This document shows positions 57,601-64,000 of a stretch of DNA of 64,000 nt, in pieces. Under the pieces are notes generated by a model. It did not search any database. It was given only the letters and a program-made list of their open reading frames with translations, and was not told where the DNA came from. This stretch comes from Raillietiella orientalis. Its lineage: Eukaryota. The translations under genes and the position numbers were made by a program. Positions within the stretch are counted from its first letter, which is position 1, and each line of letters starts with the position of its first letter. The stretch lies in contig JAYWIR010000001.1 of the NCBI GenBank assembly GCA_036172245.1, positions 868,001-932,000 of the forward strand, given 5' to 3'.

Positions 57601-58288
57601 TCTTTCTGTGAAGGATGCTTTTCTACTTTTTCCACATAATCCCATCCAACAGCACTCTAAAATACACCCTACTCCAAAAAATGCAAGGAGCTTTCACCAT
57701 ACTTTATCAACATGTGTATCCTGTACACCAAATCGTCCTCCAAATCCTTTGGAATAATCCTTTTGAGAAGAATGCTTTTCAACTTTTCCTTTATAATCAT
57801 GTCCAAGTGCTACTTTATCCATTCTAAAAATAGCACATACATTAAGAAAGGCAATAGCCAATTATTGGCTACCTATCTGATTCAATTCCAAAATCTCCCC
57901 CATATCCAAAAGAAGCGCTTCTGACATTCTGCATTTCTTCTCTTTTACGTTCGGCATCTGCTTTTATAACATTTGTGCACAACTGTTGCATGCTGAAAAA
58001 AAAAAAAACATACTCGCCGCTTCCATGAACAAATTATTTCACCGGGGCACATCATTTCATCACGAATGATCAAGTAGTTAAATTAATGAAATGCAACATG
58101 TAGTGACTGCTAGTGTTTATGGCAAAAAAAATTGCTAATCCTTACTCAATGGCTCCAACGGTTCGCCCGGAAAAACCGGTGTTTTTGGAACCCCATCTCT
58201 GCTCTTCTTCGGTGACATCATTAACATAGTCTGGATCGGTTTCCCAGTCATCAAGTTCACCTTTCTGATATGCCGGAACAAAAGTCAT
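54632..58288 (-). CDS. CTTN: Cortactin (DDW acidic N-terminus, about 5.5 cortactin repeats, short linker, C-terminal SH3)
   Basis: Exons 58146-58288, 57873-57992, 57703-57823, 57491-57656, 56492-56602, 56240-56350, 55212-55333, 55068-55170, 54756-55024, 54632-54712. Motifs: [23 protein letters not shown], repeated [12 protein letters not shown]...SAVGWDY...KHxSQK, and SH3 [17 protein letters not shown]...EGWWIG...GLFPANYV. Boundaries of exon 55068-55170 are less certain. Confidence 0.95.
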
Positions 58289-59525
58289 CGCACTCTCATC
58301 TCACGCTGAAAAAACTTGAAAGGAGGTTCAGTTCACGACACGACAGGCTTTCCCTTAAAGATTATAAATTCTTTTAATCAAGAATAGCTCCTGAGCACGC
58401 ACACACACACATGCAGTAGCTTCCACAGCATCAACATGCATGACAGACTGTAGATCACCTACATTACAATGTTTGATGGCGAACTCCGCAGAAGCATCCA
58501 CTTGTGAAAACCCGTTGTGAAAAGACACTCAATGCCACACGGTGGGCCAGTTCCATTGAAACCCAATTCAGGCTGTTTCTCACCCGGGTGAGCAGGGGGG
58601 TTTATTCCTAAACTATCCAATTCAGGCTGTGATGGCGCTCCCTCTTCCACCGACGGCCCGGCCTGCTCGGCATGCGTTCCCTTCCCCAACACTCAGTGGC
58701 CCTCCTGTCGGCCTCTGTACGACGAGCACGGTAAACACGAAACGCAGTCCTCCCACCTCTCCGATGACTCCTTCAAACTCGAAAAACATTCCTTTTCACT
58801 TTTCTTTTTTCCCATCATTTGAAAATCAAATTACGTGGAACTGTCACAAACCCCACAGTCGCTTGCGATTCTGAAATACCTATCCACCGTGCTACACACA
58901 TAATAGTAATAATTTTTTGTGGGAAAGGTGGGAATCAAGAGGGATAGGCCCAAACTCTTGAGGAATAGCAAGAAGTATTCCATCTACTTCCAGGTGATGC
59001 ATACTTCTGCAAAGACACGAGTACCTTTGCAAGGATTCATTGATCCGATGTTCTCCATGAAAACGAGGATCTTGATGGACCTCAAACAGCTGAGGTATTG
59101 GGGGAACCGGATTGTGGGAAAGGAGTCCTTTTTTCCTTTTCCACAATCTACTTCTTGAAGCACCAGTAGATTGCACTAGCAACATTTGTGGCCCGGTAAA
59201 CTGAACTCATGAAGTAATTAGACGGTGTTTTTCGATAAATTTAATGTATTTCTCATGAAACATATATCCAATTACTCACTTGCATCCTTTTCTCTTCAAA
59301 ACCATCTCTCTGCACTCTAAAAACTCAAAATTGTTAATACTCAGAACTAAAGGATAGTTAATGGAGACGAAATGCTGAAGTTTTAAAGGATATCGAAAGT
59401 GTTTGCAGCAGAATCCTTTACTATGACACTCGACATTGCCACTTTTTTACTTTAGAAGTTTCACAAGAAACCAGGAAAATACTAATTAAAGGATTGTGCT
59501 TATCCTCTCAAGCACAGATCACATA

Positions 59526-60437
59526 CAGTACAGTCCAAAAGCATTAGGACTAAGATCGCTAAAGATTAAAAAAAAAAAAACACGGAGTACTTTTTTTACA
59601 TTTTATTTGTTCAAAATAGAATCGATATGATTCGGTACACTGCTTGGCGCGAAATTCCAACTTCTGCACGGCACTTGCATAGTCGTTTATAGGGATCTCC
59701 TTCAAACGCTCTGTCACAGCAGTCTGAATGTCACTGAAGATATCGAATAGGGCTGCAATTTCATTTTAGGAAATAGGACATAGTCAAGGGAGAAAACCTA
59801 CGGGTACGGGGAACGGCCCAGCGTCGAGACCTGTTTTTGCTCCAAAAACTCGTTTGTCTTTGCTCTCGTGACAGGGAATGAGGAATGAATCGTGAGCACA
59901 GTTTAGGTTTCTTTGAATCTTCGTGTAAGAGGAGTAGAACTGCAGTTTCCAGTGTGCCGAGAGTTTCCACTGTCATTCGAGAGGTCATTCCTTGGTCCTC
60001 TCTGAGAAGTTTTGCAGCGTCGTCGTCGTCATTGTCGATTCTCGTTCTTCCTGGACGACCGCTGCATTGTGCCGATCGTCTTCCATGTCGAAACCGCGCA
60101 TGCCGCCGAAAAATGCTCGAACGGTCCATGGTTTCGTCCTCGTGAGCCTTTTGAGCACAGTGACCCCCTGACGACGTACCACCACCTTCACGTCCATCTC
60201 GAAGTTTGGACGGAGGGCAAAAACATAACATACACTCAATGTCAGTGTCTTGACAGGAACGGGACACACAGTGACGCGGCTTTGTACACTAATTGAGGAA
60301 CGTTTATAGAACACGGTCACGCCGCTTAGTATATATTTAAGGAAGGTTTACAGTACATAGTCCCATCGCGAGCCGGTACATGGCGTGATGAGTGTGGCCA
60401 TAAAAGAATTCAGTCCTTAAACCTATGGACCTCACTG
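59526..60437 (-). mobile_element. Internally deleted, degenerate mariner transposon
   Basis: Minus-strand QKAHEDETMDRSSIFRRHARFRHGR...RPGR...KLCSRFIPHSLSREQ is the mariner N-terminal HTH and WVPHEL-equivalent linker. It joins directly to C-terminal DYVLFPKMK...DIQTAVTERLKEIP...YFE. Imperfect 28-bp TIRs CAGTACAGTCCAAAAGCATTAGGACTAA / CAGTGAGGTCCATAGGTTTAAGGACTGA; TA at the left flank. Confidence 0.85.
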
Positions 60438-63400
60438 TGTAGAAATCACCACGAATACGCATTAATGGGACAGCAAAACCCATGGCCTCGAGAAGGTGTC
60501 ATATCGAGCATGCGAGTATTTGTAATACGGGAATGCTTATTCAGTAATACCATTATAAAGTCGTACTTTAAATATGCCTCTCTATCTAAACAAATCTGTT
60601 TTGTGTAGGCCTAATCGGTAAAGAATCGGGAACTGATCCCATTTGATCCTCGTAAAATGAATTAAGGAATGCTTAGTGGCAATCGGTCACATCACAGTCT
60701 GTCGGCAATGCTTGCAGCATGGGGTTTAGCAGATTGCTGATCTGAAATAGCTAAACACCTCAGAGTGTATAAATACAAAGGATATTGCGTAAACAAGCCT
60801 CAAAGGATAATGAAAATTCAAAGATCGAAGCAGGGAACCGACAGTCGTCAAGTTATCTCATCAAGTTAACTGAACTCAATAATTATTTGGAAACTAGAAT
60901 TTAAGCTCCTGTGCCCTTGGTGCTCAACGCCATTGAAAATCCAAAGGCATAGGAACAAAAATGGGAGTGCCATCTTCTAACAAAGGCACTGATTCAGACA
61001 CAAGCAGGATCGAAGGTCTTTTGGAATTCACGTAGATTGCATGTGCTGAGGCTCGTTAATTACATTTCCACACAGTGTTTAAGGGAAAAATTAAGCTAGA
61101 TAACTTTCAAATTAAAAACGAGAGGAAAAGGAAAAAACGAACTTATTGTGGGATTCCGAAGCATGTAATTAAGACAAGAGTTCCTGAATGGTGCCAGGAT
61201 ACTTTTGGAAATGGTAGGAATAGCTTAGTAATGGAGAAACTGAGAGGAACATGTTAAATGATAGTATTTTTTTTTAATATACATATCGAGAAAGTAAGCG
61301 TTCTAAACTGCCTGTAAAACAACAAAAGAGTTTTCAAAGGCACTCTGTAATCGTCAGGAGGAAAGATGAGTCACCCAGTGTAGGAGTGCAGTTACTTATC
61401 AGGGCTGATAATTCTCATGGCAGCTTCCTCGACGCGGTGAGGTCGAACAATCCGTGACGATTGATTGGTACAGAATGACTGATGCAAGGATAACGATCCA
61501 GCCAGTAGCTGTGAAAGTGCGAACGTCGAGTTTGGGAATATCACAGGAGTGAATTGTGTGAATTCCCGACACTTGATTTGCCCAGTAAGACTCGATGAAG
61601 AAGCAATATGTGATGAGAAGGGGAAATGAAATGCGACTCATAAGTTCAATTTGAGCCGTTCTTGGGCTCTGTACCCCGAGTTCAAGAACTTAACACCATC
61701 GTGTAGGGAGTTTAGGAAGAAAAGAATTCGATGTAAACTCGATGAAAAAATGACCATTTCAGTAGCATTTTTATGAGGAAAAATCCTGATAGAGCAGCCA
61801 TGGGAGTCCGCACTTTCCGCCACCAATGCTGTCTAATGCTTATTTATTTATTTATATTTTTCGTGAGACTCTGAAGGCTTTTGAATGGCTTTTGAACACC
61901 AAATTGCAATTGGTGTCTTCATTATGCGCCTCGACTATTCTGTACGCAACCATTCTGTCACTGCTTTCGCTGATTTTTTTGTTTTTCCAGTCATCCTCAC
62001 GAGCAACCAGCGTTATTGCAAGGAGAAAAAAAAAACTGCTGGTTTATGTAACACGCATTACAATCTCTCAACATCCTCTTGGTAGCAAAATAGCTCTTGG
62101 TAGGTAACAGCAGAGCGGTGGGAGAAGGCAGGCAGGGACCTAACCGTTGTCAAAGGGCTCTATATCATGGAGATGTTCCGATCTTAAGTTTGGGGAAGAG
62201 CTGTGAACGTAAAGGTACGTGTGAAGAGTGCACTGAAATTCATGTATTTTACCGTTCCAACGCTTCAAAGGTACACAGGCAGTGCCCTGCTAAAGTGCCA
62301 AGTATTATCAAAAGCATTTGCATGATGAAATTACGATCTCGAGTCCAAGTAGAATCATTCTTTGTAGAAATGAGCAGAAAAGCTGGATCATCAGCGTGTC
62401 TCGCGGCCATCGGAAAGTGCAACGTGGAGGCATGAAAGAACAGAGGTTAGCAGTCAAGCTCGAAGCATGAAACTGTCTAACATGGAACGAACTCTGAAGC
62501 TGCAGAAGAATTCGATCCGAGACACCTCGGGTTGAAAATCACACACTGTCGTGCGTGCAACCTACGCAGTCAGCGAGCTCGTCGCCAGCCACCCACGATA
62601 AGGAGGGGTTTCTTAAAGAATGGTCTTGTAGCGGTAGCTGCCAAAGGCTCGACCACGGACAACGGTGACTTCTTGAAGGTCAGTTTGCATAGCAGAGCAG
62701 AATCTGAAGGAAGATCCGGGGCCACTTGGATTGACTCTACACTCAAGAAACTCGAAAGTTTTCCTGCTTTCTCTTTGGAGTTTTATGAGGCAACCGATGC
62801 CAAAAGGGTAAGAGTAGATCCTGCTCAGTTTCTAGGGTAGTTTCTATCCAGTTTCTAGGACGGTTCCTTCTCAGTTCTCAGGGTTGCTCCTGTTCAGTTT
62901 GCCCAGCGTTGACGACAGGCGAGTGGATACAATTGCGCGGAGGCTCATTCCTACTCAGTTTATAAGGTTTCATGGTACCACCCCAGAAACGGAGTTATTC
63001 AGAAAGTGGGACCAGGATTGCTACCAAAACTGAACTTGCCACACGAAAAATTCTGGGTGCGGTTTGAAAGGAGCTCCGTCAGTGATGCTTTCCGTTCGGC
63101 TGTCCCGGGGTGGTTGCGGCGACATGAGACACGCAGTGAAGAGAGACTCAAGATTCCTCTCACAATAGGTGTACAAAAGCAAACACCAACGCACCGTTCC
63201 ACTCAGATGGTGGGATGGTCGTACCAAAAGGAAACAATAAGTTGAAAAATGAATAGAAAAAAAACAGGTCTGGTAAAAGGAACTCTTTGAAGAAGAGTAG
63301 GAAGAAGCGTCCAGCCTTTCCATCACTGAGGCATTCCACCGGGAGCACGATGAAAAACAAACGCATCGCCAGTTCCATGGGAACGCTGGTTGCGTGCAAG

Positions 63401-64000
63401 GGGTCTGCAACTCCCATCCCGAAAGAAGGGCATTAGATTCCAGCAGGATCAGAAGAGTTCGTTTCAATGTCATCGCACCACAGCCTGTTCTGGTACCAAG
63501 TCCCCTCTAGGTCCAATATTGATGTCGGTCATCGAGTGGGTACCCCCTGTGCAAAAGAGGCTGTCTCGTTCTGGATAGGGATGGGCAGCAAGGAGCCGTT
63601 CAGACAGATTTGAGGGGTCATCAGACCTCCCTCAGGTAGCAGTTATTCCCTGAGGCGGCACTCGGTCACTTGAAAATTTCTATGCTGCAATGCATGTCTG
63701 CTTCGAAGATTTGCATCCTGTTAGCTGTGCTGCCCATCGGTCCTCCACCTAGGTTCGCTTCCTGGATACCCAAAGCCCAGGAGTGTACTGAAGCCGTCTG
63801 ATGGGCCACCGCACTCGAACATCCAACGATACGGAGATTGGTAACCGATACAGGAAGAGGGGTTGGGCGCCGAGACCGCAAAAACTCCTCTCTTCCCGAA
63901 GTCAAATTGAGGAATTTGAAGATAAAGTGCCAAGCGATGGATCAGATGAGAATAGCCTTTTTTCTTCTGAATAGGCACGATTCCAACGGTGCAATGGGTT

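Noticed and set aside
58919..59158. Possible plus-strand exon divergent from cortactin
   Set aside because: Splice-like sites exist, but there is no recognisable product or partner exon.

Overview
Eukaryotic, intron-containing animal DNA. It looks invertebrate or arthropod-like, but the species cannot be determined from sequence. The dominant feature is a 36-exon Sevenless/ROS1-type receptor tyrosine kinase on the minus strand (CDS 36748->6931). My hand-spliced model keeps consistent phase at every junction and gives about 2355 aa. It sits in a very GC/CpG-rich domain whose larger introns carry purine/pyrimidine low-complexity tracts. After an abrupt switch to AT-rich DNA near 49.5-50 kb come an R-Ras2/Ras64B-type GTPase (+, 51711-54404) and a convergent cortactin gene (-, 58288->54632). 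Mobile DNA includes several diverged fragments of an L1/Tx1-like non-LTR retrotransposon family, two tRNA-derived SINE heads, an internally deleted mariner and weaker remnants. The most interesting signals are: a 3' stem-loop that keeps its pairing across five diverged retroelement copies; bipartite and inverted arrangements of that family; a one-residue-short kinase hinge; an SH2-motif-dense receptor tail; and a cortactin with a tyrosine-free linker and a possible SH3-less isoform. Most ORF-track entries are GC-rich shadow frames. All coordinates were read by eye and no database searches were run.
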